Source: Laetmonice hystrix
Lineage: Eukaryota
NCBI GenBank assembly: GCA_965235115.1
Contig: OZ249436.1
Coordinates: 21,702,001-21,766,000 of the forward strand
Reading direction: 5' to 3'
DNA length: 64,000 nt
Shown here piece by piece: positions 28,701 through 39,746 of this stretch (its first letter is position 1; every line of letters begins with the position of its first letter). The notes beneath the pieces are model-generated. The model was not told the DNA's origin and did no database searches. It saw only the letters and a program-made list of their open reading frames with translations. The position numbers and the translations under genes are program-made.

Positions 28701-28765
28701 ACAAATGACCTGCATTTGGTGGCAGGCGTAAAAAAATACGGTACTCGGATGCCTAGGGAAGCCAT
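22718..28765 (-). CDS. MRPS7: Mitochondrial ribosomal protein S7 (uS7m), ~224 aa
   Basis: Minus-strand exons: 28765-28710 (MASLGIRVPYFFTPATKC, presequence-like, least certain), 25694-25527, 25314-25251 (KFVRHILREGNKERA), 24522-24352 (AIENCKPLL...KRGGVIYQ), 23164-23027 (VPIPV...AMKWLI), 22795-22718 (GKTIRKKQELHRLCEANRAYAHFRW*). The C-terminus is typical of uS7 and all phases are consistent. Confidence 0.95.
23523..23676. mobile_element. Small MITE with GGGCCCGG-type TIRs (PIF/Harbinger-like)
   Basis: GGGCCCGGTTTCTGGAAAATACTTAA ... TTAAGTATGTTCGAGAAATCGGGCCC; a similar terminus occurs at ~27416-27557. Confidence 0.6.
23894..24310. repeat. Minisatellite, ~13 x 32 bp, in an MRPS7 intron
   Basis: Head-to-tail unit GACTGCTAAATGTTCCAACCCATTGCTGACAT with point variants and no spacers. 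Confidence 0.95.
25842..26150. mobile_element. Fold-back MITE with ~90 bp TIRs
   Basis: TAATTACCGACAGGAAACAAT..GGGTTAGGGT..GGTTAGGCCTAGGGT matches the reverse complement ending TTTCCTGTCGGTAATTA at 26150. The internal motif GGCAGTGGTTATTCTGCCG recurs inverted at ~26181 and ~62723. Confidence 0.8.
26236..27308. mobile_element. Non-autonomous TIR element, ~1.07 kb, ~130 bp inverted ends
   Basis: GTGATTCAGTCGATTAGACAGGTTCA.TCAAGTTTCATTTGGTACAGACAT..ATATCAAACATAAAACAC (26293-26363) is inverted at 27197-27266; outer GAGTGTGACTGTGGAC pairs with GTCCACAGTCACACTC. No convincing ORF inside. Confidence 0.75.
27723..28395. mobile_element. Degenerate TIR element in MRPS7 intron 1
   Basis: 27745-27826 (GCATTCGGGA..CCTCGG..TTCGAA..CCTCGGGTGGAATAG..GCCAT) is inverted at 28281-28343; possible CACACCT/AGGTGTG ends. 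Confidence 0.55.
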
Positions 28766-29030
28766 ATTTTCCCGGTAGGCTACCAACCTATGTCCAAAAT
28801 GGGACTGAGGACGTTTCCAGCCGGGCTCATGCATAACTTGTCATAGGTGCATTGTAGTTTATCTCACCATTCGCCAGGTGTCACTAGTGGTCACGGGCGC
28901 AAACCGGAAGTTTCAAATCGGCCTATCTCATTTCTAATCTGTTTGTGTATGCTAATCTGTGCAGCGACCTTCGGCTCTGTACAGAGCACAGAGCCGAATT
29001 CTTTGGCTATAAATAGTATAATTTATTAAG
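28766..29030. promoter_or_regulatory. Probable bidirectional promoter between MRPS7 and the LRRC14-like gene
   Basis: CpG-richer segment just upstream of the MRPS7 ATG (28765), with ETS/GABP-type CCGGAAGT at 28904-28911. The LRRC14-like gene has a 5'UTR acceptor at 30481-30482, implying an upstream non-coding exon (candidate donor at 29031). Confidence 0.5.
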
Positions 29031-29304
29031 GTCATATGAGCTCATATAGTCTTAGACTTAGTGAAACAAGCCCTAGACCAGGGGAGTGGAACATTTGTGC
29101 TCACTGCTTTTACATTTTCCAACCTTTGGAGATTGACTAGACCTCAGTCTAGTTATGATTGACTGTCAAGGAAATAGAGATTGAGTGATAACGGGAGATA
29201 ACTTTAGATCAACTGGTTTGCCACTCCTGTACTATTGGGAGCCGAAGTAGGTCACGAGATGATGCATTACAATGCGATAAAAGTCTTTTTTTTTTACACT
29301 TCAT

Positions 29305-30099
29305 CAGGCCTTGCGTTTTAAGGTGCGCGATCGCTCTCGCGCACCATCGCGCACCTAAATTCTCTTTTTGGCGCGTGTATTTTCGCGCTCCATGGCTTAG
29401 GAAAATGAAATACAACTGCACACACGGGGAGGTGGGCTAATGACGCCAGTGACAGAGTTGGGCTGCAACCATCAACCCTATGAAACATACTGAGACGTGT
29501 ATCAGCTAGATGCTTCACCAGACTGGTCATAGTGTGAAAACTCACTGTCCAAACGCCAGGGTCACCATCACCTCCCATTGTTAATCGGGCTGTTACTTTC
29601 CCTGGGCATTGAAAACAATAGGGACACCTTTATTTTTGGAATCCATCATATATTGACATGTAAAACAATGGGTGTTAAAGGAACACCATGCAGCTTTTGG
29701 TATATAGCAGGCCAGTTCCCACTGGGAACCTAGAGACCCAGGGAATATATAGACATAATACTGAACTAACTTCTTGACCATCCTCAGACACATGAGTGTC
29801 CATCTATAAGCCGCACCCCCAATCTATGATTAGTTTGAGGAGGAAAAAAGTGCAGCTTGTACACGAAAGATTACGGTTCAAGAAAGGAATTCATACTGCT
29901 GGATTCAGTACTTTTATAAATTATCTTATGGTATCAGTTTCTGAAATATAATTCATCAGTCAATGTATAATAAACATACAACATTCAATTGATGTAGCAA
30001 AGTGTCACTTTAGTCTAGACAAGAGAGCAAATCACTCTCCTGGACATTTTTAGGAGGACTGTTAATAGCTCTCCACCATTTTTCAAACTGCAAGGCCTG
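29305..30099. mobile_element. hAT-like non-autonomous element with 6-bp TSD
   Basis: CTTCAT|CAGGCCTTGC ... GCAAGGCCTG|CTTCAT. Confidence 0.75.
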
Positions 30100-30627
30100 C
30101 TTCATTATCACTCACACTTGTTTAGCATTGCGCTGGCCATAGCATAGGGAACAGCGACTGTTTACTTCAACTTGTGATTTCTCTGTAATTATGCTGCTCT
30201 TAGCAATGAGATATTTGTATCAACCTGTCTGACGTTTGAATAAATATGTTTGATACATAAAAAATCGAAATTCATAAAGATTAGGCCAATCTTTGGAACA
30301 ATGTCTCTTCACCCTATGTTAAACCAATGGGAAATTTGTGACGTAACAATTGTGTGTCAACATTGACGCTCCATTTTTACCTCCTATCCAGAAAATCCAT
30401 AACCGTGCTGCGAGACTTCAGCTCCCTATAGCCTATTCTGGGTGTGTTGGTAATATTGGACCATTACATTTTATTATTTCAGTCTTGTGATATGGCTGCA
30501 TATCGCCCTGTTGTGCTAAGATGACTACAACCTTGTGAACAGTGAAAGGCAACCTTGTGGCTGTGGTTGTCCGGTGTAGTGGGCTCATGTCAGCTTAAAC
30601 CAGATGTAATCCAAGAATCAAGCAAGA

Positions 30628-33600
30628 ATGGTGGATGTGTCCTTCCTGTGTAACTATAAAGGGATACTTTATCCCTTGGACCTTGACAAACAAATACAGA
30701 GCTTCATGGACCCAAGTCCTCTGGCACGGAATGGAGGCAAGGACGGTTTGAAATCATTGGTGGATCTCAGTTCCGAGAAGATTGTGATGGATTCTACCAG
30801 CACAGCTCGTGCCCTGGAAGTGGTGCCCAGTGAGTTGTGCTACAGTTTAATGCGAGCAGCATTAGTGCGAACCCGTGACCGATCCATAGAAGTCCTGATT
30901 GCAAAATGGCCCTGGAGTGTACTCCGTCTTCAAAGACTGGCACCATGCCTGTTTGACAGCATTAGCGCCCTTTACAATGATGTGACAGTTGCTGACCAGA
31001 TGCGTAAAGGTGTCAAGTACACAACATGTTTGGCTCACACATTTGTAGAGTGTCTTAAGAAGAGAGCCCCAACAAAACTGAAGTACCTGGATCTTACAGG
31101 CTTTCCAGCAGGTACGTCATTTTAAAATACTTCCTGGTCATGACTACCCTAACCAGATGACAGGGAATACGTTAAGTGTGTCACCTGTGGCAAGTTCCCC
31201 TGCCAAAAGAAATATTTCACCACACCTTAAAATTAAAATTTTTTTTTAAGATTCAGGCAGTGGGTGATTATGACCATCTCAGATTTGCCTGAAATTTTTT
31301 TTTGGTGGAAGGCCTATTGGTAAATAGAAAAATCCTAAATTTTTAGGTCCCTAAACTAAACAGTTTTTTTTCTAGGGCCTCTAGAAGGGTCAATTTCTTG
31401 AGGGCCAAAATTTGACTTTTTACAAAATTAGCTTTTGAACTTGAAATATCTCAATGGGCCAATGACTGCCCAGCTTCATTTTGATTTATGTCAATCTGCG
31501 ATGGAAGGAGTTCCAGAAAATTGCAAAATTTCGATGGGCAGTTGAGGGCGCCACCTATAGGGGTGCTGCAAAACGCTACTTTTTGCTGAAATGACACTTA
31601 TATTTGAGGCATTTATGGACTGCGCCCTCAACATCCCAAGCTAGTTTATGTATGATATGATTCCATTAGCCAGCCCAATACTATGCCACTTGAAATTAAT
31701 GTGGGATAATGAAGGCGCGAGAGTATAGGTGGCGCTCAAGTCAGTCAAAATGTAAAATTTGGTGTTTTGGGGGTCGCATAGCTCAATGCACCCTCATCCG
31801 ATTTGAATGAAATATTTTTTATCAGGTAGCCCTGTATGTCTACTAACTGTCATATTTGGCCGGTTGCAAGAACAGTAGCGAGAGTTAACCCGCAGAACGG
31901 CTTAACCCACACTTTGGTTTAACCTCGTCTCTGGGTTAACTCAAAATCACTGGGTTAAGTCGGTCAATTTCGTTTCATATCACTCCATCGTAATCTGTAT
32001 TTTCCATACAGCCTAATGGTGGTTTTGACCTTTAAAATAGAAGGAAACTTGCTTTAGCTGACATATTTAAATCAGTAACAACAAAATAGTACAAATGCAA
32101 CCAACTTGCAATAAAAATGGTGCCGCATTTGGCTGCTTAGGATAAACTCGCCAGCCACAGTCAAGCGGCATCTTGCGGTAATGTACGGAGATATCAATTC
32201 TGACGTGATCTTTACTGTGACGTCACAATTAATAGGTCAGGCTGACTGTGACGTTGGACTGCTATGTCACAGACACGGCTCGATTCACGTCTTTGTGGCC
32301 TCTTATTTAGTCAGCAAAGAGATGGCAAAATGGGTCAGGCTGTAGGAACGGTATACATCTCAGCAAGTTAGAAACGGAACTTGAAGCGTGTCTATGACTC
32401 GTAGGCTCGGTGATAGGCAAGTATTCAGAGGCAATCGACACTCACGGCCTCCATGTTTATGTGGGTTAAACCTACTAAGGTAGCAGGGTTAACTTTAACC
32501 CAGAGAACGGGTTAACCCTGAGAATTTTTACGTTCTTGCAAACCGGGTTAACGAGTTAACCCACAGACTGGGTTAACCTCGAGGTTAAATACGTCCTTGC
32601 AACCGGCCAATTAAGATTACAGTGGGGTTCTAGCTAGAAAATAATGTCAGCATGGAGGTAAACAGCTGAAATGGCTCCCCCACCCCGCACGTCATAGCTC
32701 CAGGGTGGGGGAGGGTGCGGTGGTTGTCCCTTCCCTGATGGGGATATGGGGGGCCTCCCCAATAAAATTTCTGAAAAAACGGATGTAATTTGGTGCAATC
32801 TGAGCGAAAAACACACTTCTAATTTTCATTCTAAGGGCAGTGGAAAGCAGGAATCCTTCTCAGCTTTATAGCTTATAGGTGATTTTGTCCCATATCAGGC
32901 CTGAAACAGCATATCAGTGATTTGGGTCACGTATCGGGGCAAAAACTCAGCATATCAGGCTTATACGCCAAAAAGGCCTAGCTAGAACCCTGGAACATAT
33001 AAATTAAGAACTTGCATAGACTAGCCAAGATGTATCCTGAGACCGGGGGATTCAGTGTCTACTTCTACATTTATATTGGACAAAATTTGATTCTGTTGTA
33101 TTACTTTTTGTGTAATTGCCCTATAATTCAATTTCAGCTGAGGTGATTGTCAACTATCTGTCGTCACATGTTCTCCTGGTGTACAATGAAGCCCGTCAGA
33201 AAGAGATCATTTCTATGTACAATAAGGTCACCCATGACTGGCCAGAAGAACAGCGACACAACTATAACCTTGACACAACACTTCCAGATGACATGTGTAA
33301 GTACTTTCGCTGATCCTCTGAGGTTCATGAGTTTTTATTGTCTTAGATCATGTTAAAGTTGCAAATGATTTGGTGATGAACAAATTTTTGGAAAGAGGGC
33401 CTGTGTGACATAAATTGATATACATTTTACCATGGAAAGGATGGTCAGAATTTTTTTGGTCATCGCAGAAGGTCAGAAATGTTTTAGTCTTCACAAAGTA
33501 ATGACAAAGTTAAGGTGTTGTTCATCAAAAGGAAGTGCATGTTTGTTTCAATTTATGTCTTTCTAAAAGATGCTATGTTTATTTTCAGTTCTGATTTGTG

Positions 33601-35683
33601 TAGATGCCTTTCTCCAAACCAGTGATACCCATATGGAGCTGTGTAGGGCCTTGAAGATGTCTCGTTTAGATGCCTGTCGATTCCGATTACGTGTCCAGAA
33701 GCTGGATCTAACGTGTCTGGGTGTTGCGCGCATTAGTGTCCTGTTAGAACAGGTCGATCCTCGGGTCAGTGAATGATAAAGTTTATAGAGCTAGATTTAT
33801 AAATCATGGCAGAGATCCTCGGGTCAGTGAATGATAAAGTTTATAGAGCTAGATTTATAAATCATGGCAAAGATCCTCAGGTCAGTGAATGATAAAGTTT
33901 ATAGAGCTAGATTTATAAATCATGGCAAAGATCCTCAGGTCAGTGAATGATAAAGTTTATAGAGCTAGATTTATAAATCATGGCAGAGATCCTCAGGTCA
34001 GTGGATGATAAAGTTTATAGAGCTAGATTTATAAATCATGGCAGAGATCCTCAGGTCAGTGGATGATAACGTTTATAGAGCTAGATTTATAAATCATGGC
34101 AAAGATCCTCAGGTCAGTGAATGATAAAGTTTTTAGAGCTAGATTTATAAATCATGGCAGAGATCCTTGGGCCAGTGAATGATAAAGTTTATAGAGCTAG
34201 ATTTATAAATCATGGCAGAGATCCTCAGGTCAGTGGATGATAACGTTTATAGAGCTAGATTTATAAATCATGGCAGAGAAACCATAAGTATTGGTGTTTG
34301 TATTTTGGGTATACTTTCAACATTTTGTTCTTTTCTGTTTATATAACAGTCCATTTGATTAATCACATAATATGCCTTACTAATACAGTGTTCTCGCCAG
34401 CTTTTTTCTGCATAGCAGGCTGCTACGCTGTGTATTTAGGCCGCTACGCTGTCTTTGAGGCCACTACACTGTCTCTTGACCAGCGTAGCAACAAAAACTT
34501 GTCTAAATTCAACAGAACCCACAGGAATACGAGTAAAATATCACTCGTTTACTGTCCAGTTTAGCAAACCTTTCTCATCTGACTATCTAGACTGCAAGAT
34601 AAGGCTCTAAAATAGCCTAAATTACCAGACCTTGGGTTGAGGGAGGAGGGCTTTGCCCCTCCTGTACCCCTAACCAGGGCTCTGACCTTGGTTTGACCAC
34701 TACGCTGTCAAAAATATCTGGTGAGAACCCTGTAATAATAAGGGTTTCGCAGTTTCTATGTCTTAAATTGAGTTTTATACCAAACTGCTACAAGTACAAA
34801 CCTATAGCGGTAATCCTCTGATTCTAGTCAGATTAAACTTGCCCTTTAAATTAAAATTTCTTAAATTAACAAATTGTTTTAAGTTATTCCTCTAATATTT
34901 ATTAAATGATACTTTTGTGTCATATGATTATTTCTGTTCCAGCATCTGACAGCACTGTGTCTCCAGTTCAATTCCCTCGATAACCAGGGCCTCGTCATCC
35001 TGGGCCCACAGATCCAACGATTTAATAAGCTGACAGCCTTGGACCTCTCCTGTAACAATATCAAAATTACAACAAATGACACAGCCCCAGAGCTCCTGGC
35101 AGAGACACTCGGTGCACTGCCAGACCTTGTCAGACTGGACCTTAGCAACAATAGCATAAAGCATAAACTAAGACTGGTACTACATAGGATCCAAAGACCT
35201 TTAAACTACCTCCGAATCTGTGCCTGTTGCTTGAGTGAGCTCGACCTTCAGTATCTGGGCATGTCTCACCATGTTCAGGGATTGCGAGAGCTTGACATCT
35301 CAGAAAACAACCTCGGACGACACTTCATACATGTACCTCCCTTGCTGGAAGCCTTACGGAGTCGTCTAATCATCTTGGAGGTAGAGAGCTGCCAGTTCCA
35401 GAATAAGGACTTGCATGAATTTTTAACACTGTCCCCTCGCCTACAGAAGTTACGATACTTAAACATCTGTTACAACAATGAATTTCTTACCGACTTCATG
35501 TTGGCAGAGCTACCGCAGCTGGCCAAGATCAAGAGCCTTGAGGTGATCAAGCTCTCCTGCCCATTGGACTCCTACAATGATGAGGTGGAAATGCGCCTTT
35601 TTCAACAGCAACTGTGCACACTGATGATCTCAGTGTGTGACCAGTTACAAAGACCTTACATTAAGATTAGTTTTACTGCATGA
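30628..35683 (+). CDS. LRRC14: LRRC14/PRAME-family leucine-rich repeat protein, ~519 aa
   Basis: Exons 30628-31111, 33138-33296, 33589-33764 and 34943-35683 are phase consistent. N-terminal LKSLVDLSSEKIV / ALEVVPSELCYSLMRAAL / LIAKWPWSVLRL / KLKYLDLTG resemble PRAME/LRRC14. C-terminal RI-like LRRs: LTALDLSCNNI, LVRLDLSNNSI, LRELDISENNL. LRRC14 versus LRRC14B cannot be resolved. Confidence 0.85.
31856..32610. mobile_element. MITE with TTGGCCGGTTGCAAG TIRs and GGGTTAAC subterminal repeats (PIF/Harbinger-like)
   Basis: TTGGCCGGTTGCAAGAAC ... GTCCTTGCAACCGGCCAA, with many GTTAACCC/GGGTTAAC motifs near both ends. Confidence 0.8.
33756..34279 (+). repeat. Tandem repeat, 9 x 58 bp, starting in the last 9 nt of LRRC14-like exon 3
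   Basis: Unit GATCCTC(G/A)G|GTCAGTGAATGATAAAGTTTATAGAGCTAGATTTATAAATCATGGCAGA at 33756, 33814, ... 34220. Confidence 0.95.
34386..34732. mobile_element. hAT-like non-autonomous element with 5-bp TSD
   Basis: TAATA|CAGTGTTCTCGCCAG ... CTGGTGAGAACCCTG|TAATA; related ends at ~58671-58899. Confidence 0.65.
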
Positions 35684-37270
35684 TGCTGTGTGTGGTTGGG
35701 GATCAGTGTTAACCGTTTAAATCCAGTTTCCCTAAATTTAAGGTAAGCAAGAAGTGCTTGAAAGGTCTGAAAAAATTTGCCCTACCATCATGAATATTGG
35801 CCATGAGAAAGGATTCTACTAATTATAAAGAAGAAAATGCAACAGTGTATGGAATAAGTCCAAACTACATGGAGGACCTTGACGTGAATAAGGCCAGTAA
35901 GGTCTGAGACATTTGTAGGGCTTAAATCAGAATTTTTATTATCTTTAAAAGTAAATTCTACACAGAAACTTAACATGTAAAACTTGAAATATGGGTAGGC
36001 CCCTACATGGTCTTTATTCTGTTGAACTGTTTGATTTATTGACAAAAACACACCCTGAATTCCAGTTTCCTTGGGCACATAAACTTTGATATCAAAACTA
36101 CAGGTTGCAGCCCATTATAAAAGAAAATGAAGACCTAGCATTATTCAGCCTATTATACGCGTGTATTTTATATTCCAAAAAATTGGGTGGTCGTCAGTAT
36201 GAAACGGTCCAGATAGCCACTGAGCCTGCCCACCATACATGTAAAAAGAGGATGTCTACTTAGTTTCATAATTTCACATTTATAGCTACACATTAAACTA
36301 AGGCCAATCATACATGTATTCAAATAAATGTACAAATGTAATCAATAATTACAGGTGACACATCTGACTTAACCTTGTAAAATAAATCCGCCAGTCACTT
36401 TCAGATTACCCGGTAGTGGACATCACTTGCCTTTTGCCATCTATACAAATTTTATGTTACATCTAAAGACAGAAATCACATGGAGTTTGGCAAAAATTTA
36501 TAGGACTATGCTATTATGGATCTCTCCATTCCCTTTAAAGTTAATTTAAACTGGTAATTAATCTGGAGCATTGTATTACTACTATATAGTATCATAAAAG
36601 TGTAAATCATATTAAATGCCTGACAATGAATAAAATCTTGTTAGTATCTCTGTTTACTTCTTTTTCAATGGTGCTTTGACGCCAGGAAAGCAAGGATTAT
36701 AGGAGACTTCAATGGAATAGGAGTGTAGCAGGGGGGGGGGGGGCAAAGGGCGCCTTGCACCCCCCCCCCCCAACCCAAACTTGCATACCGTATTTAATTG
36801 GTTGGTGCCCCCCCCCCCCCCCACCTCAGAAAATCCTAACCTATGCCTAGGGTTACTACGTCTATGACATGTATTAGGTATTTCTGAGTTCAGCATTCTT
36901 TTTAATTTAAAGTGACCTGCTCATATAGAAGGCTGCAGTGCCCTGCTACTAATCATGGATTGTACAAAGTTGATCTAAATTCTCTATTTCATTAATAGAG
37001 TCTAAATTTAGTATTCAGTATATCCTACAGACTATTAATTACCAGCTCAGCAGCTGTGACATTTTGAGACCTTCCCCTCGTCTTGCCTTGGCTTGGAGTT
37101 GAGGGTGCAGCAAATATAACTGGTATATTTCTTCTAAAACTCGCATACATCTACCACATATTTCGGACATTGAGTCATGTTTCAAGAGCTGCTTATTTTT
37201 TATGCTTCCATCCAGGAATATAGGAAACACTCTCATATAATCCTTGCTTTCCAGGCGTTGATAGGCCTAT

Positions 37271-37701
37271 GCGGATCCAGCTTTTTGCGTTAGGGGAAGT
37301 TACGAGCGCCGAAGACGCGAAGTGTGCAAGCGCCGAAGGCGCGAAGCCTTCCTAGGGGGGTCCCGGGGCATGCCCCCCCCGGAAAATTTTGAATTTCAAG
37401 GTGTAATTTGTTGCAATCCGATGCATTTTGGAGCATAAAATAAGCTATTCAATGCCCAATGTGACCAAGGGTAAAAGGGCCTCCTCAACTCCAACAGCAA
37501 CTTTGGCTATAGCATGAAATCTTGCCAAGCGTAGCGAAGCAAATTTTTTTTAGATGGTTTTTATCTTGCGACTGAAAGAAAAAACTTCTAAATTATAATG
37601 TTTGAACCACCTTAATTAAGTTAAAATGTGTGTATCTGCAAAATTTTAGGGGGGGTCGAGTCGAACCCCCTGAACCCCCCCCCCCCCTGGATCCGCCAGT
37701 G
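37271..37701. mobile_element. GCGGATCCAG-type short TIR element (second copy at ~39042-39479)
   Basis: GCGGATCCAG ... CTGGATCCGCCAGTG ends with poly-G/C tracts; related termini at ~46386, ~50117 and ~53263-53413. Confidence 0.6.
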
Positions 37702-37785
37702 CGTCTATGGAGTATGGTGGTAACATCAAAGAGTGTCCTACACGTGCTGATTCTGCTGTTTTGTTTACAAGTTCATTCATGTCTC

Positions 37786-37867
37786 TTTCGCGCGATATGA
37801 CGTCAGGCGACCTAATAAGAGTAACCAATGAAAGGGACACATATTATATAGGTCAGGATTTTGGCGC
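37786..37867 (+). promoter_or_regulatory. Duplicated kinase promoter, copy 1: E2F, CRE, CCAAT, E2F
   Basis: TTTCGCGC 37786-37793, TGACGTCA 37798-37805, CCAAT 37825-37829, TTTGGCGC 37860-37867; 100-180 bp upstream of ATG 37969. Confidence 0.6.
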
Positions 37868-37968
37868 TCAATAAGAAACTCGAGTCGGGTCATAACGGCA
37901 AGCCTGGCCATAAGAAAAACAAGAAATATTTTGTGCACGTCAGGAACCCGGAAAATAAGATCTCCAAA

Positions 37969-38014
37969 ATGTTAGGAGAGCTAGATCTTAGCTACGAAGG
38001 ATTTGAGACGATTG
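37969..38014 (+). CDS. Duplicate copy of kinase coding exon 1 (MLGELDLSYEGFETI)
   Basis: Identical to 39747-39792, with AAAATG start context and G|GTAAGT donor. Confidence 0.7.
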
Positions 38015-39563
38015 GTAAGTTGACACATGTATTTTGTTGAACTTGAAGGAGAATATTTTGTGTTGCGACACCCAAACACGGAAAGTGAAATCTGAAATGG
38101 CGCGTTCTTCGACGACCGTGTTTACTCACATGTCAGTTTCTCACTTTTCGTTGTCCTGAGTGCGTAGATTCTTTTATTACAAGGAGACATCACTTGCCTT
38201 TTGCCATCTATACAAATTTTATGTTACATCTAAAGACAGAAATCACATGGAGTTTGGCAAAAATTTATAGGACTATGCTATTATGGATCTCTCCATTCCC
38301 TTTAAAGTTAATTTAAACTGGTAATTAATCTGGAGCATTGTATTACTACTATATAGTATCATAAAAGTGTAAATCATATTAAATGCCTGACAATGAATAA
38401 AATCTTGTTAGTATCTCTGTTTACTTCTTTTTCAATGGTGCTTTGACGCCAGGAAAGCAAGGATTATAGGAGACTTCAATGGAATAGGAGTGTAGCAGGG
38501 GGGGGGGGGGCAAAGGGCGCCTTGCACCCCCCCCCCCCAACCCAAACTTGCATACCGTATTTAATTGGTTGGTGCCCCCCCCCCCCCCCCCCCCCTCAGA
38601 AAATCCTAACCTATGCCTAGGGTTACTACGTCTATGACATGTATTAGGTATTTCTGAGTTCAGCATTCTTTTTAATTTAAAGTGACCTGCTCATATAGAA
38701 GGCTGCAGTGCCCTGCTACTAATCATGGATTGTACAAAGTTGATCTAAATTCTCTATTTCATTAATAGAGTCTAAATTTAGTATTCAGTATATCCTACAG
38801 ACTATTAATTACCAGCTCAGCAGCTGTGACATTTTGAGACCTTCCCCTCGTCTTGCCTTGGCTTGGAGTTGAGGGTGCAGCAAATATAACTGGTATATTT
38901 CTTCTAAAACTCGCATACATCTACCACATATTTCGGACATTGAGTCATGTTTCAAGAGCTGCTTATTTTTTATGCTTCCATCCAGGAATATAGGAAACCA
39001 CTCTCATATAATCCTTGCTTTCCAGGCGTTGATAGGCCTATGCGGATCCAGCTTTTTGCGTTAGGGGAGGTTACGAGCGCCGAAGACGCGAAGTGTGCAA
39101 GCGCCGAAGGCGCGAAGCCTTCCTAGGGGGGTCCCGGGGCATGCCCCCCCCGGAAAATTTTGAATTTCAAGGTGTAATTTGTTGCAATCCGATGCATTTT
39201 GGAACATAAAATAAGCTATTCAATGCCCAATGTGACCAAGGGTAAAAGGGCCTCCTCAACTCCAACAGCAACTTTGGCTATAGCATGAAATCTTGCCAAG
39301 CGTAGCGAAGCAAATTTTTTTTAGATGGTTTTTATCTTGCGACTGAAAGAAAAAACTTCTAAATTATAATGTTTGAACCACCTTAATTAAGTTAAAATGT
39401 GTGTATCTGCAAAATTTTAGGGGGGGTCGAGTCGAACCCCCTGAACCCCCCCCCCCCCCCCCCCCTGGATCCGCCAGTGCGTCTATGGAGTATGGTGGTA
39501 ACATCAAAGAGTGTCCTACACGTGCTGATTCTGCTGTTTTGTTTACAAGTTCATTCATGTCTC

Positions 39564-39645
39564 TTTCGCGCGATATGACGTCAGGCGACCTAATAAGAGT
39601 AACCAATGAAAGGGACACATATTATATAGGTCAGGATTTTGGCGC
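39564..39645 (+). promoter_or_regulatory. Kinase promoter, copy 2: E2F, CRE, CCAAT, E2F
   Basis: TTTCGCGC 39564-39571, TGACGTCA 39576-39583, CCAAT ~39603, TTTGGCGC 39638-39645. Confidence 0.6.
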
Positions 39646-39746
39646 TCAATAAGAAACTCGAGTCGGGTCATAACGGCAAGCCTGGCCATAAGAAAAACAA
39701 GAAATATTTTGTGCACGTCAGGAACCCGGAAAATAAGATCTCCAAA

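Noticed and set aside
33756..34279. CRISPR-like periodic array
   Set aside because: The whole 58-bp unit repeats and there are no variable spacers.
36654..36896. Gly/Pro-rich ORFs (also 38421-38666, 39364-39652, 24945-25222, 48208-48460)
   Set aside because: Produced by poly-G/poly-C tracts of short repeats; not plausibly coding.
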